Of a stretch of 64,000 nucleotides of DNA, positions 12,607 to 27,849 are shown piece by piece (the first letter of the stretch is position 1; each line of letters begins with the position of its first letter). The DNA is from Eledone cirrhosa (taxonomy: Eukaryota). The notes beneath the pieces were generated by a model. The model searched no databases and was not told the origin of the DNA. It worked only from the letters and a program-made list of their open reading frames with translations. The DNA is taken from NCBI GenBank assembly GCA_964016885.1, contig OZ024742.1:171368001-171432000 (forward strand), written 5' to 3'. A program made the position numbers and the translations under genes.

Positions 12607-12735
<129 letters not shown>

Positions 12736-12761
12736 ACAATATATACATATACTATATATAC

Positions 12762-12833
<72 letters not shown>

Positions 12834-12854
12834 TTTTATATATATATATATACA

Positions 12855-12940
<86 letters not shown>

Positions 12941-12942
<2 letters not shown>

Positions 12943-13095
12943 AAAAGAGTCAGGACCCCGACGGCTGAGATCCGGCCACTTCGACAGCTAGATCCGAACA
13001 GTTCGGAGCTCAGCGTCGGGGTTAAACATTTTCCTATTACCCACTCTACTACCCTAAGTATTGAGTATTCTGGTGCGTTATGGTCCATCTGGGTC
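12941..13095 (+). mobile_element. Family A short repeat with fold-back 5' arm
   Basis: GGAAAAGAGTCAGGACCCCGACGGCTGAG...TCAGCGTCGGGG...TTCCTATTACCCACTCTAC and family A tail, between long (TA)n. Confidence 0.75.
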
Positions 13096-13112
13096 CTTAC
13101 CACAATTCCTTC

Positions 13113-13175
<63 letters not shown>

Positions 13176-13249
13176 TAATATATATATACATATACATATA
13201 TGTAATATATATATATATATTACATATATGTATATGTATATATATATTA

Positions 13250-13319
<70 letters not shown>

Positions 13320-13399
13320 ATAATAATAAAATTGAAGACTAAAATCCAGAGAGGGCTCGATAAGGAAAATATATATCAGATATATAAGAATCGAAGAGC

Positions 13400-13542
13400 A
13401 AATATTTATTAAAATAACAGATTAAAGTTTAAGCAAAGAATCGGTGCTTTCACCCTTAACGGGATCTTCTGAAACTAACAAAGTCAATCTGTGAAAGGGT
13501 GAAAGCAGCGATTCTTTGCTTAAACTTTAATCTGTTATTTTA

Positions 13543-13548
<6 letters not shown>
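13400..13548. repeat. Palindromic family G element with a degenerate HHR-like motif
   Basis: Arms of about 55 bp, ATATTTATTAAAATAACAGATTAAAG...TTTCACCCTT and its reverse complement. Homologous to 56745-56835. Confidence 0.65.
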
Positions 13549-13620
<72 letters not shown>

Positions 13621-13634
13621 CATATATGTATATA

Positions 13635-13680
<46 letters not shown>

Positions 13681-13694
13681 CATATATGTATATA

Positions 13695-13767
<73 letters not shown>

Positions 13768-13872
13768 TATCTTCTACCTGGATTTGCGACCGATAGATAG
13801 TATTAACAATTGGAAAGAAAGACGAAAACATTGTTTCCTCGGTTCGATTTGACGGAAGTTGATCGATGTTTT

Positions 13873-13927
<55 letters not shown>

Positions 13928-14011
13928 CACATTATATATATGTGTATATATATATATATCTAAATGTATATATACATATGTATATATATATATATATACA
14001 TTATATATATG

Positions 14012-14083
<72 letters not shown>

Positions 14084-14096
14084 GTGTATATATATA

Positions 14097-14600
14097 ATAA
14101 TAATTGTTTCTACTTTTGGAACAAGGCCAGCAAATACCCAGTGCATTACTGGTACTTTATTTTATCGACCCCGTAAGGATGAAAGGCAAAGTATATAATA
14201 ATTGTTTCTAATAATGTATATATATATTTATACATTATTATTATATATATATATAGGGCGGGGGATTGGCAGTATCGGTAGAGAGTCGTACGCCATGCTT
14301 TCCAGCGTAGTTACGTCCCTTTACGTTGTGAGTTCAAATCCCGCCGAGGTTTACTTTGCCTTTAATCCTTACGGGGTCGATAAAATAAAGTACGAGTAAT
14401 GCAATGGATAATTGCTGGCCTTGTGCCTAAAGTAGAAACAATTATTTTATGTATATAGGGCGGTGGATTGGCAGTATCGGTAGAGAGTCGGACGCCATGC
14501 TTTCCAGCATAGTTAGATCCCTTTACGGGGTCGATAAAATAAAGTACCAGTAATGAACTGAGTATTTGCTGGCCTTGTGCGTAAAGTAGAAACAATTATT
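14097..14600 (+). mobile_element. Cluster of tRNA-derived SINEs (inverted 3' half 14097-14191, then tandem copies 14256-14445 and 14458-14600)
   Basis: GGGCGGTGGATTGGCAGTATCGGTAGAG head, GAGTTCAAATCC B box, conserved body CTTTGCCTTTCATCCTTACGGGGTCGATAAAATAAAGTACC, tail GTAGAAACAATTATT. Confidence 0.8.
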
Positions 14601-14942
14601 ATATATATATAATAATAATGTATATATATATATATATAGAGAGAGAGAGGGAGAGAGAGAGGAATGTATGAAATCTTTTCAATCGTGTGATGAATACAGC
14701 GAAACAAGTAGCTCGATTGCACAAAATATTTCGCCTGAGTTATATAATCCCGTTCATCTTACATCTAATACCCATACATAGGAGAAGGGGTACTGGGAAC
14801 ATTTAACAACATAATCTCATATCAAAGAATTCACACACTCTCACCCATACACACATGTACACATGTACACATGTACACACAAACTTTGTGTGTTTTTAAG
14901 GCAGTAGATTGTGGCCGTGGTTTAGTTCTGCTATCTACCTAT

Positions 14943-15153
14943 CTATAAACATGTAGGCTGAGGAAGAGAAACAGAGGAAAGACAGGAACAACTACAAAAC
15001 GTGTTCCTGGTGTTGAGGGTTGTTCTATCCACGGGGTGTAAAACATCCCTGCAGTAACGTTCCCCCCTATTGGGGATTTCAATTGTTATTTTATTATATA
15101 TAGTTCACGTCTTGTAATGTCCCGTTTTTGTACGCCCCTGTGGCAAATAAAGA
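14943..15153 (+). mobile_element. Tx1-like 3' UTR fragment
   Basis: Nearly identical to 2880-3146 with an internal deletion; again flanked by CTATC/(TATC)n. Confidence 0.8.
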
Positions 15154-15443
15154 CAGATATCTATCTATCTGTCTATCTAACTATCTATGAGGGCCTGATG
15201 AATAGTTCATAGATTGACCAAGATACTCTCATGGAAAGATCAAATGAGCTTTATTTTTTAGCATAGTCCCTGGAAAGTAACAGTGCAGTTATTAATAAGA
15301 CTTGAAATAAATGCAAGAAATATTTCACAGCCCTATCATCACTCGTAATCAGCCTATGTACATTTCAACCGATCTCCCTTTTTATCTATCAATTTTTATA
15401 TTTTTCTCACTATCCCCCCTCACCCTCTCTCTCTCTCAGCCTC

Positions 15444-15484
<41 letters not shown>

Positions 15485-15512
15485 CTCTCTCTTTCTTCCT
15501 TCTTTCGCCCTC

Positions 15513-15571
<59 letters not shown>

Positions 15572-15573
<2 letters not shown>

Positions 15574-15720
15574 GAGATTCTACAGGACTAGAACTTTCAT
15601 TCTTTCCTGATCATTTCTAAAGAATGAAACAGTCCTAGTCCTGTAGAATCTCATCTATATTAAAACTTTTATACTCTGCTATGTATTGAGTACCTTACCG
15701 ATTCAACCAGGAATAACTTA

Positions 15721-15722
<2 letters not shown>
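15572..15722 (+). mobile_element. Family B short element with an inverted 5' arm and an HHR (15604-15648, G8 mutated)
   Basis: ttc-CTGATCA-tttc/gaat-GAAA-cag..ctag..ctg-TA-gaa. 15572-15602 is the reverse complement of the ribozyme 3' half. Related copies at about 6120-6185(-), 25464-25523(+), 41200-41252(-) and 47438-47500(+). Confidence 0.65.
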
Positions 15723-15790
<68 letters not shown>

Positions 15791-16026
15791 TAAGTTATAA
15801 ACGGAAAAAAATGAAACGAAATTTCTTTTCCCACTCTTAGTACAGCTGTTACTTAAATATAAGTATGTGTACGTACATACATATATGTATACAGACGTAC
15901 AGTAGTATGTATGTATATATACATACATGCACACATATATATATGTACGTATGGATTCACGAAACATTTATTATAATGTTCGGTGTGTTTATAAACAAAC
16001 ATCCCGTATCAAGCCGTAGTGTCTAT

Positions 16027-16062
<36 letters not shown>

Positions 16063-16073
<11 letters not shown>

Positions 16074-16326
16074 AAAACAAGATGGCGTAGGACAGAACAA
16101 AGGAGAGGCACAAAAACAAAGAAAAGAATCCCCAGTCACTGAACAGGTCACAGAATGTGTGACGAAAGAACTTTGACAATATATAAACAATCATCTGGTT
16201 GTGGAACCAACTAACCAACCGCAAATTTATAAATTCCTAAAGTTATAAATTTATTATAATAAATTGAAGTGAAAAAACTGGTGCGTGTGTTTCTTATTGG
16301 CAACATGACCCTCCCAAAGTATAACA

Positions 16327-16328
<2 letters not shown>
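16063..16328 (+). mobile_element. Solo PLE pLTR (family D) with a decayed HHR at 16134-16177
   Basis: Matches 10840-11100; core reads CTGAACA; embedded in (TA)n. Confidence 0.85.
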
Positions 16329-16368
<40 letters not shown>

Positions 16369-16609
16369 ACGTAGTATATGACTATTCAAAATTTACTAAT
16401 TTGTTGAGTTGAACTAGGACTGGTTTTGGGGAGCTCTTTCTAGCCTCTACAACGTCCAGTCCTGTTCATATCTACACTAGCCGTTGAACATTTCGACACC
16501 ATGTGGAGCGGAGGTTTTAAACAAATACCGGTTTCAACACACGTTTTCAGTTAAAGAATCTTGCTAAACAAATTCAGAAACGAAATATATATATAGATAT
16601 ATATATAGA

Positions 16610-18245
16610 AAGACGATAATTAAATTTGAAAATAACTTTTGGGTACGTAAGGATAGAATAGATAACTTTGACATAACTATGGGTGCTAATGACTCAGCAC
16701 AAGTTACGGATATTGTTGGTATATACATAGTCCACACCTTACATAATAAATTTAGTTACCTTCAAGGCGGAATATATAGAGATGACGCTCTCCTATTAGT
16801 TAAAAACATGAATAAACAAAACATAGAGCGAACCCGTAAGAGCATTAGAAGAACCCTAGCCTTGGCCTTAAAATCAACAACGAATATAGTACCAAAGTAG
16901 TTAACTTCCTAGATGCCACCTTCAACCTCAACACCCAAATTATCACACCCTTTCACAAAAACAATGAGAACCTCACCTACATCCACACTAGCTCTAACCA
17001 CCCACTATCTATTATAAGGTCCGTGCCACATAGTATATCACTTAGAATATCCCGCCTCTCATCTAACCAACAAATATTCGACCAACACGCTGAATACTAC
17101 AACACTGCATTAGAACGGGCTGGTCACACCGACAAACTAGAATACATGGACCGACACAACCATAAAACACATAACCATAGACACGCCAAACGCCCCACAA
17201 ACACACGCACACATGCACCTAGTGTACAGGTGATCGGTTGAGTCGGGCAACCAAACCTGGCACTACATAGGCAGCACTGCAAAAACCTTCAAAACTCGTT
17301 GGTACACGCATCGTTACGCAATAAAGCACCACCAACACCGTTACGTAACGACTCTCGCCAACAAAATTTGGCACTTAAAAGGGAATAACCGACAATACAC
17401 CCTTAAATGGACCAAACTCTCACATGCTCCTCCATACCGGAGTGGGATGAAAACGTGCCCGTTGTGTAATAATGAGCTCTTCCATATCCTAAGCTCAAGC
17501 CACCAACTACTCAACAACAAAATTGAAAGGTCAATTTTTTGCAGCATAAACTGAAAGCGAAATTCTCACACTTCAAACCTTCAACTAAATCTTAACACTA
17601 CCTCTCTTTCTACCCTAAATAACAATTCTACACTCCTAAAAATAGACTATATATGAAATTCAATACTTTCTTCCTTCACCTATTCTCTGATAAAACTTTT
17701 GCCTGTCCACTACCAAATGCCACTTAAAATTCTATCTTCCTTATCTCTCCCTCTACTCATCACAACTTTTAGCACACAACCCTCCTCCCCCTCCCTTCTT
17801 GTAACTTAACTATATTCTATACAAATCCTCTCACACCACCCTATCTCTTTCTCTTTCTCTCCCTACCTCCATCCCTTTTCTCTCTCTCTCTCTCCCTCTC
17901 TTTTGCCCCTCTCTCTCTCTGTTCTTCTATCTTACACTACTACCCCTTATTTCATTTCCTAAGGTCATTCCAACTTTGTATTTTGAAAATTCGGATGCTA
18001 CAGTATCTTTCTTGATTGCCTATTATGACATAGTGTAGCAATAATAGACTGAAATTCTGATGAAACAATTGTTAATACGTGGATTAAATTCTTTTGTAAC
18101 TGTTTACCTTCGTCCTATTTCTCTTTTTTGATTACACTCCTCGTTTGTTCGTGTTTCCCTACCAACCTGTCGAGTCACCTTAACGTATGTTGAAAACTTT
18201 CCTCACAACTTGTTCTACGAAGCTTTGGAATACTCCTAATTACTG
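16610..18245 (+). mobile_element. Naiad/Chlamys-type Penelope-like element, degraded (RT, GIY-YIG, 3' UTR)
   Basis: RT: FDITMGANDSAQVTDIVGIY, GIYRDDAL, VNFLDATFNL, YIHTSSNHP, SLRISRLSS. EN from 17222: VYR*SVE..HYIGSTAKTFKTRWYTH..TTLANKIW..LKW..PYRSGMKTCPLCNNE..LLN. Confidence 0.85.
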
Positions 18246-18546
18246 AATATATATATATATATATATACACACAGAGTCTTGTGTTTCGCCTGGTTATCGC
18301 AGCGTCTGATGACCCATTAATAAACAGTCGAAACTCCAGTAACAAGACTCACCTTTTCGCATAAATATAAATGAATACATATATACGACGGGTTTCTGCA
18401 GCTTTCGTCCCCAACCATTCACTCATTGGACATTATTCAACTTGAAGCTATAGCAGTAACAATTCGCCCACGTATCACGCAGTGGTACTGAATCCAAAAG
18501 CCATATGTTTTTATAGCGAACTCATAAAATAGACACCCACGCTCGC

Positions 18547-18612
<66 letters not shown>

Positions 18613-18914
18613 CTCTCTCTCTCGCTCTCACTCACACTCACACCATATATACATACATGCATGCATATATATATATATATATATAATAGAATATAAATTG
18701 AGACAAGCGAACCCAATTGTCTATAGTTAGTATTCTTTTCACCTTAGCGAATCAGGTACCTTACGATTTGAACGCATATATCTATATATCTGTGTTCGTT
18801 TTTCTTTTATATTCTATTATAATATACGGCTCAGAAATATCTCTTTCTTAGAGCTATTTTATTGTAAGAGACTATTTTGAGTTCCCAACTCAATATATAC
18901 ATTTAATATATATT

Positions 18915-19027
<113 letters not shown>

Positions 19028-19259
19028 GAATAATCGAGTATCGAAAAATCGGTGCACGAGTTCACGATAAACAAAATTCGAAATGAGCGGCAGAGGGCTC
19101 AATAATTCAGATAAATCAGAGCTATAACTATCGTTAAAATGCCGACACACATAGAACATGTCTAAAATCAACCATACGACCGAAAAATTACGATCTGGAA
19201 GATTCGGGACACTCAGATAAAATATCAATAAATCAATAAATCAAATGAATGTAAAAAAA

Positions 19260-19644
<385 letters not shown>

Positions 19645-21110
19645 CTGAATAGGCGGCTTATTCACAGAGTAGTTAAGACGTCGGATAGAATTCTTTACGG
19701 CATTCGTCCCACCTCATTGCACGCACTGAGTTCAAATACTCAGTACTGGGGACGTTTCTTCCTCTATATGATAAAGTCGGCTCTGTCTAGACCTGGAGCG
19801 GGATGCGCTCCGCCATGTTTAAAAAAATTGTCCGAGACACACCATATGACCGTGCCTCTACGACTCCACAAATAGTTATGGGGAAGGGAAATATATATTG
19901 ACCCCACGTCATGTAAATAATAATAATAATTTCTTCAAGAATTAAGAGTAATAGTTACACAACAATTTATCAGTAGAATAAGATGATAGAAAGGCCGAAT
20001 AATTGTAATAAATTCAATGTCAACGAATTACAAAAGAGGGCCTGTGATAGACGCGTTTGAAAGGGTTGAAGACAACCGTCTTCCTATTCGGCTTGGTTAA
20101 CTATTTCAGATTTCACATGGATGGAAAGGGAAATGTTGCCTTCCAACCAGTTTGTTGAATGGGAGGTGACAGAGGGGAGCACCATCCGAGTCAATGGGTT
20201 TGCTTAAGCATGCGCCTGTAAATTAGAGGAAGACAATTGAAAAAAGGGCATTTTTCCCCTAGTGATCAATGTTACCGTAGCGTTTTATGGGCTTTCTCCA
20301 CGAGTGAACCCCCCGCCCGGAATTGTCCCCACTTTTGGTGAATTTGTTATATTTGAATTTTGAAATGTTTATTTCTTTAATCATCGTTATAAAGCTTTCA
20401 TTCACATAATAAAAATAATCCACACTGTTCCGTCTTATACCATCTTTATTTTCCTCTTGTGGATAATAAAACAACTTTATCATTATTGTTATTATTATTA
20501 TTTCTCTTAAAGTGGTAATAAAAATAAAGTAAATAATAAGAATTATTTTTAATTCATATTTTTATTATCATCACTGCTGTTTTTGTTGATAGTTTTAGTT
20601 AGTTCTCAAGTTGTCTTTCTATAACATAGACAGACAAATGAACATTTTAGTATCGATAGTTTTCTAGTGTCTATTTGAAATAGCCCAGTAGGTTTTACCT
20701 TTCTGAAAGGTCTAGTCTCAAACTTGATATATAATGAAATGTCCTCAAACAAGTCTTGGCTTACATTCAAAAGTGTGGACGCAGTCGTTCGTAAAGATAA
20801 CTTTCCTTCGAAGAAAATAATTCCACGTATCTTCTAGATATATTTCTCCTAAAATTGATTTAAAGGAAGGTCTTGCACCACAAACAAACATACTAACAAA
20901 TTTCATTATTATCAATGGTACATACTTGCTAATATATCTCAAAGAAACGGGCATATATATGTATGTATGCATGTATATATGTAAGTATTATTCAGGCTAT
21001 TGAAGATTTATTAACTTTTATTGCCTTAGGGTAACGATGATGACGGTAAATCTCTGTTATGAATATATATATATATACTAGCGTACACACATACATACAT
21101 ATACATGCTC

Positions 21111-21142
<32 letters not shown>

Positions 21143-21175
21143 CACACACCACACACACCACACCACACACACACA

Positions 21176-21225
<50 letters not shown>

Positions 21226-22179
21226 CAAAAGTTAAAATTTGAGAGATCAAACTTTGTTGAAATATGCTATGAAAAATTGGAGCTCATTGTGTTTCTGCAC
21301 CAGCAAATAGTATGAACCTAAACAACGAAGGTGTAATCCATAAGGTAAATTAATTCAAAATAGTGTACGAGTGTAACGTCACTGAGCGGAGATTTTACTC
21401 TCCTTAATTTTATATATTATGACAGTCTACGAAGAATGAAATTAAATGAACATCATGACTGTAGGGAAAACTTTCTTTTCATTTAAGCCTGTTAACTAAT
21501 ATATAGATTTACTTATATATACTGGTATCATGCACAAATATGAATCGGTTCGAAACGAAAGTGATCAATATAATAAGTACCGGATTTCAAAACCCGAGTA
21601 CTGGAGTTGATATGATCGGGAAAATCGTTTAGGGGTTTATGCTATCATGCCCGTAGTCGTATGATTGAAATCAGGGAAAACATTAAATAATCAAAGAAGT
21701 ATTCTCTGCGTGCAATGCCTAGTGATGCTATATTTTCAATTCTTGTAATTCCTGGTGTTTTGGTTTTGTATTTATCTGCATCTTCTCAATAAATCCCTTT
21801 AAACCTTTTATTTTCACTTCCATAAATCAGTGTATGTCTATATTTATAGTGTTATATTTTGATAATTACTCTATTTCATTTAGACCCACGCAATATTATC
21901 GTCCGTTAGGATCGATGTTTGGATTAGGAAGAATTTCTTTTCCCGGTGGTGTTTGAGAGCAATACCTGCTTAATTAGCCCAGATAATCCAGTCTACGAAG
22001 GCAGCGAATTGGGACAGTCTCTAGGGCCTCGGATTAAAGAAGACTTTATTCCAGGATTACTGCGTTCTGACATCAAATCTCACTGAAGTCAACGTTGCCT
22101 TCCATCGATTTCAGATCGATGAACAAATAACAATACAATATTGGGGTTATTTCTTCTTCCCCCCCCTCTCGCACTACCT

Positions 22180-22950
22180 CTCTCTTTTATTGGAAGAAAC
22201 AGGCTGTGTATCGAGTTGGAGAGGGATGGGCGCTGGTTAGTTTAAAAAAAAATGCCCCAGACAAGCTGTGTGTTAGGACGGGGTTACATCAGGAGTTGAA
22301 GGTCCTTTACCGTTACTTTGTCTATGTTTTTGCTTTGTCATTCTTCGACAGATTCTCTGGTGTATGTTTATATCACCAGTTTTCTGTTGGTATTTCCTAA
22401 TCCTGGCATAAATCCCAAATGTATGAAAGCTGTAACTCTGTTAAATATGTAAATGTATTTTTTCTCGATTAAGTCTGGGGAGCCAAAGACATGTTAGTTA
22501 ATTGTTCCCAACCACCACATATTCTGGAGGTATTTAATGTATTCTGTTTGTATGCTGGCTTCTGATGAGACGGCTTTGATCATGTGTCGCAATGAACAAA
22601 CCTTCAGTCTCATATAAAATTCATGGCACGAGTTGTGAATTTTCTGTTTTTTCAAGTATTGGCCGTGCAGAGGCTTCTCGCGTCATCGCCGTAGCATAAT
22701 TTTGTAGTGGCATTTTTTTAGCGTATGTTTAATCATTACACAGTGTCTGTTGTTATTTCACTCCACAACTGTCTGTCATGTAAGTCACTGTTTTGTATAT
22801 CTTGGCTTCCTTGAAGACATAAAACAATTTTGTTTTCCTACATTCGTATTTTGTACATATTTATATTAGTTTTTTTTTCAGTATTCATTATTTGATACTT
22901 TTGTTGTCCTACAATGTATATTTTATATTACTTTTCTATTTGTATTAGAG
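22180..22950 (-). mobile_element. Degraded R4/Dong-like non-LTR retrotransposon fragment
   Basis: Minus strand encodes EKPLHGQY...ETEGLFIATHDQ, resembling the KPLHGQ...ETEGFIIAAQDQ block of R4/Dong elements; many stops and frameshifts. Confidence 0.55.
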
Positions 22951-22967
22951 CCTTACCTATCTAAATC

Positions 22968-23101
22968 TTGTTGTTGTTGCTGTTGTTGTTGTTTTCTTCT
23001 TCTTCTTCTTCTTCTTCTTCTTCTTCTTCTTCTTCTTCTTCTTCTTCTTCTTCTTCTTCTTCTTCTTCTTCTTCTTCGTCTCCACCCCCACCTCTTCTTT
23101 G

Positions 23102-23137
<36 letters not shown>
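22968..23137. repeat. Compound trinucleotide microsatellite (TTG)n(TTC)n(TCA)n
   Basis: Directly visible. Confidence 0.95.
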
Positions 23138-24073
23138 CTTCGTATATCTATTGCTTGCTGTCATTGCACAGCAGAGCGCAGCTATGTTTTATTTGGGCAG
23201 GTGTTGTATCTATTAGCGTCCTGTGTATCATATTATTGTGTTGGGTAGCTATTTTGTACAGTTTTAGTTGTGTCTATTACTGACAGTGTGTTTGCTAAAA
23301 GTTCAATAGCCAATCATTAGACTGTCGGAGTAAAGCCTCGGTATTTGTTTCGTCTCTTTCCACTCTGATTTCCTGAAAGGCTGAATTCAACTTTGCTCTT
23401 ACCTCTTTCGCGGTCGATAAATAAAGTATCAATCTAGGGTAGTGGATTGGTAGAATATTTTAAAGAGTCGGTCTGAATCTTTTCCGCGTTCAAAACCTAC
23501 TGCCAGTCATCTCAAAACCGGTGACACTTCTACAGATATTATACTACATCTCCGGTAGAACGACTGGGATCCCGTGGGAAGTAATTGGCTGGAAAGCCTT
23601 ACGCATAGAACGGTATAATCTTTCCCCAACTGGTTCACCTCTCGTGTACAGCGCTTCCCTAGTAGGTTGTTTCCTCGGAGTAAGTAATTGGCTTAAAGTA
23701 ACGAGCATGAACAATATCAAAAACCAATATATTCATGATCTTTCCTACTCTGCTGAAAGTAGTACTAACAATTAGAAGACAATACGTTCATTAGCCTTAT
23801 TTCTGTGTTGAAACGTTTTTACAACAGATTTTATACTGCCTACACACTAGATGATTCGGCCAAACGGTTTGTTCAGATAGATTGTTAAGAACACAGACAA
23901 TAGAAGGGTTACAACACAAAGACCCGGCCACAATACACTTGTAAAATGAACTTACACTACGTCTATGTTCTGAAGGCGATATATCTATCGAAAGGTAGAT
24001 TCATACATACGTACAGACAAGCCAATATGCATTAACTAACATATCTATATATGTTTATCGACACACACATATA

Positions 24074-24166
<93 letters not shown>

Positions 24167-24283
24167 ATTCAATTACAATATAACTATTGCTTACAAATGT
24201 ATTAAGTCTAAAACTCATACAAATACATGTATGTAAGCGTGCATGAATATATGTGCGCATGTACGTAGGAATGTATATATATT

Positions 24284-24372
<89 letters not shown>

Positions 24373-24373
24373 C

Positions 24374-24405
<32 letters not shown>

Positions 24406-25526
24406 CATATATATATATATACAAAGAGCATACATACATAAGTACATACAGGCAGGCAGGCAGACGTAAGATTAAACGATATAACACCTGCAAAATTGAT
24501 GAGTTAAAAAAATATTTATAAAAAAACAAGGAGTAACTTATTTGTTGTATTGAGATTTAAAATGAATATATGCTTATTCATAACGAAAATAATCAATACT
24601 TCTGCTACGGTTGTCTTATACCTTCAAAACCTGCCATATTGTTTTTTACTTTTAATCTTTTCAACGAAAACTTTTATCTCTACGATTTTTCCTGAACTGA
24701 TTGCAGTTCCTGGCTTTTGAAATTGCTTCAATCCAAAGTTTCTATTAATGGTTTGCCATATTTTCTATAGTGTTTAGGTTTTTAAACAAATCTTTTCAGA
24801 CGTTAGTCATGGTAGGAGTGATTGTAATACTTTTTTTTCGCTTGTCTTCCTCCTATACTGGTGCGATTGATACGGCTGAAGCTCAGTGTGAACTTCAGAT
24901 GTTAATATCTGCTGGATAAACATTTGATAAAAGAGAGGATCAAATGGTTACAACATAATGAGCTATAATAAAGACGCCTGAAGAGCAGCTGAAAAATTTC
25001 AACTGAGAAACGTATGGATGCTATGACGCCAGGTGGACCAGAAGTACTGTTGGTAGGAGTTGAAACAGCCAAAGTCCATCTCAACGCCTGAAGAACCTGG
25101 AGTTCTGTGTAGTTTTATTGTAAAAAAATAATTGTTTAAGGTTTCCCTTCCAAAAAATTATTTTTAGTTTTGCCTTGTTCTCGTTCGTTGTCTTGTCTTC
25201 TCTTTGTTATTTCTTCTAAGAGTATTGTATAAATATATATATATTTATTTGTTTATATGAAGAATCCTATCTTTTGAATTTTTTCTCCAGCTATTCTTCC
25301 TTTCTTCCCATTCTCTCTACCACACCTCATACCCCACCCTATTCTTCCTCTCGCACCCCCTCTAATCCACTACATGATATTTGCTCCTTAAAATAGGGCC
25401 CCATCCCCACATTGTCGACGACTAGGAAACCTATATGTATCCACAACCCTTGGTCACTCAGCATTCCTGATGATGTCATACGAAAGTAACAGTTCTCGCC
25501 TTGTAGAAGACATTTCTATATTAAAT

Positions 25527-25716
25527 AATTGTTTCTACATTTGGCACAAGACCAGCAATTATTCAGTGTATTACTGGTACTTTATTTTATCGACTCCGTA
25601 AGGATGAAAGGCAAAGTTAACCTCAGCGGGATTTGAACTCAGATCATAAAGGGAGGTAACTCTATGCTTCAAAGCATGGCGTCCGACCCTCTACCTATAT
25701 TGCCAATCCACAAATA
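25527..25716 (-). mobile_element. tRNA-derived SINE (same family as 14256)
   Basis: Reverse complement of the SINE head, B box, body and tail. Confidence 0.8.
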
Positions 25717-25770
25717 ATGATATATATATATATATATATATATTGAGAGGGAGAGAGATATATGTACATA

Positions 25771-25805
<35 letters not shown>

Positions 25806-25939
25806 CAACTATATTCACACAAACATATACATGTAAACACAAACATACACGCATATTTGTGTATGAGGTGTTTATTAGGTATGATTAATAAGACAATTAT
25901 TCAACTTTATACTCCACATATAAAGAAACTATAGTGAAA

Positions 25940-26135
25940 TATAATTGTTTCTAATGTTTGACAAAAGGCCAACAATTATACCAGTGTATTACTGGTACTT
26001 TATTTTATCGACCCCGTAAGGGTGAGAGGCAAAGTTAACCTCGGTGGGATTTGAACTAGGTCCATAAAGGGCCGTAACTCTTTTCTGTAAAGCATGGCGT
26101 CCGACCCTCTACCGATACTGCCCATCCACCGCCCT
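25940..26135 (-). mobile_element. tRNA-derived SINE with apparent target-site duplication
   Basis: Full copy flanked by ACTATAGTGAAATATAAT on both sides (25929-25945 and 26139-26156). Confidence 0.85.
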
Positions 26136-26395
26136 TTCACTATAGTGAAATATAATAGCAATCAAACTTAGACACTTTCGATGGCAAGACAGATCCGTTC
26201 ACTATTGTGAAACGTGAGGTAAAATATATAATACAATAGTAGAAATTAATAATTTATTCGTATTGATGGCCTCATTTACACTTTCCAAAATCATCACAAT
26301 ACTGTCGAGTTGAGTAATGTTTAAGGAACATTTAACATAAGAAACATTCCAGGTAAACAGGCTGCTGAATAGGCCTTGAGAAACTACAAAATATA

Positions 26396-26443
<48 letters not shown>

Positions 26444-26540
26444 GTAATTTACTACTAGCAACCCAACAAGTGTTTATTCTATGTACGTATGGATATATGT
26501 ATGTAATATATGAATATATATATATATATATATATACACG

Positions 26541-26629
<89 letters not shown>

Positions 26630-26779
26630 ACACATATACACACACATACACACATACACACACACACGCACGCACACATATATATATTATATGTATTATA
26701 TTTATATAGAAATAGTGCTTTTAATAAATTCTCTCCTTCATTTTCTCTATGGGTTATTGATATATATTAATACCTATGC

Positions 26780-26810
<31 letters not shown>

Positions 26811-26894
26811 TATTTACAAATATATATATATATATATATATATACAGATACTTATATATACATATGTGAATGTGTGTGCGCGCGTGTTTTTTAG

Positions 26895-26955
<61 letters not shown>

Positions 26956-27592
26956 CTTATATAATATATACTTATAATAACTCAAAGTCGCAGCTATGTC
27001 TACATATTTACATTCATTCATGCACAGCACTGTCTAGAATTACATTCCATCGTAATCGAATCTAGTTCGCATTCCTAATGGCCAACACATTTCAATCTAA
27101 CTAACTTGGTGTGGAGGGAGGATTTATTTATATATATAACTAATGATTTGTAGTTTCATCTCGAAATGCAATAAAGAAATACCCAACCAAATATTAGTTT
27201 TTTTTTTCTCCTCAACCAATAAAATCTTTCTCGTGTTACAGGCTACGACTTACAGAAATTTCATCCGTGACAAATCTCCCAGACGTACTTAGGACACGCA
27301 CACACACACACACACACGCACACACACACACATACACACATACACACACACACATACACACGCGCGCACACACACACATACACACACACACACACACACA
27401 TACATACACACACACACACACAATCATATATAGGTATATAAAAATATATATACGTACACGCATATAAGCATGTATAAAAATACGCATGCACGCACATATA
27501 CATATATATATGTTCATATGCGCGCATATCTAGCTCTGTATCTATCCATCTCTCTCTCTCTCTCTATATATATATAAACTTACACACACACA

Positions 27593-27660
<68 letters not shown>

Positions 27661-27849
27661 TATATATATTTATTTATTTATTTATATGGTATTAACGCTC
27701 CAATATATACGTTGATCATATGTCTGCCTCGTTAATGAAATGAAATCCAAGATCTGAAATGTAGCTGGAGGCATACACACATATACATGCATACATACAC
27801 ACACACATATACATACATACATACATGCATGCATACATACATACATACA

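Noticed and set aside
14256-14350. tRNA-like A and B boxes
   Set aside because: These are SINE heads with no cloverleaf and occur in many copies with a shared body; they are not tRNA genes.
15199-15250. CTGATGA followed by a distant GAAA
   Set aside because: No stem II or stem I pairing found.
22561-22600. CTGATGA-gac...gtc hammerhead-like start
   Set aside because: Followed by GCAA rather than GAAA, has no stem I, and lies antisense within a LINE coding remnant.
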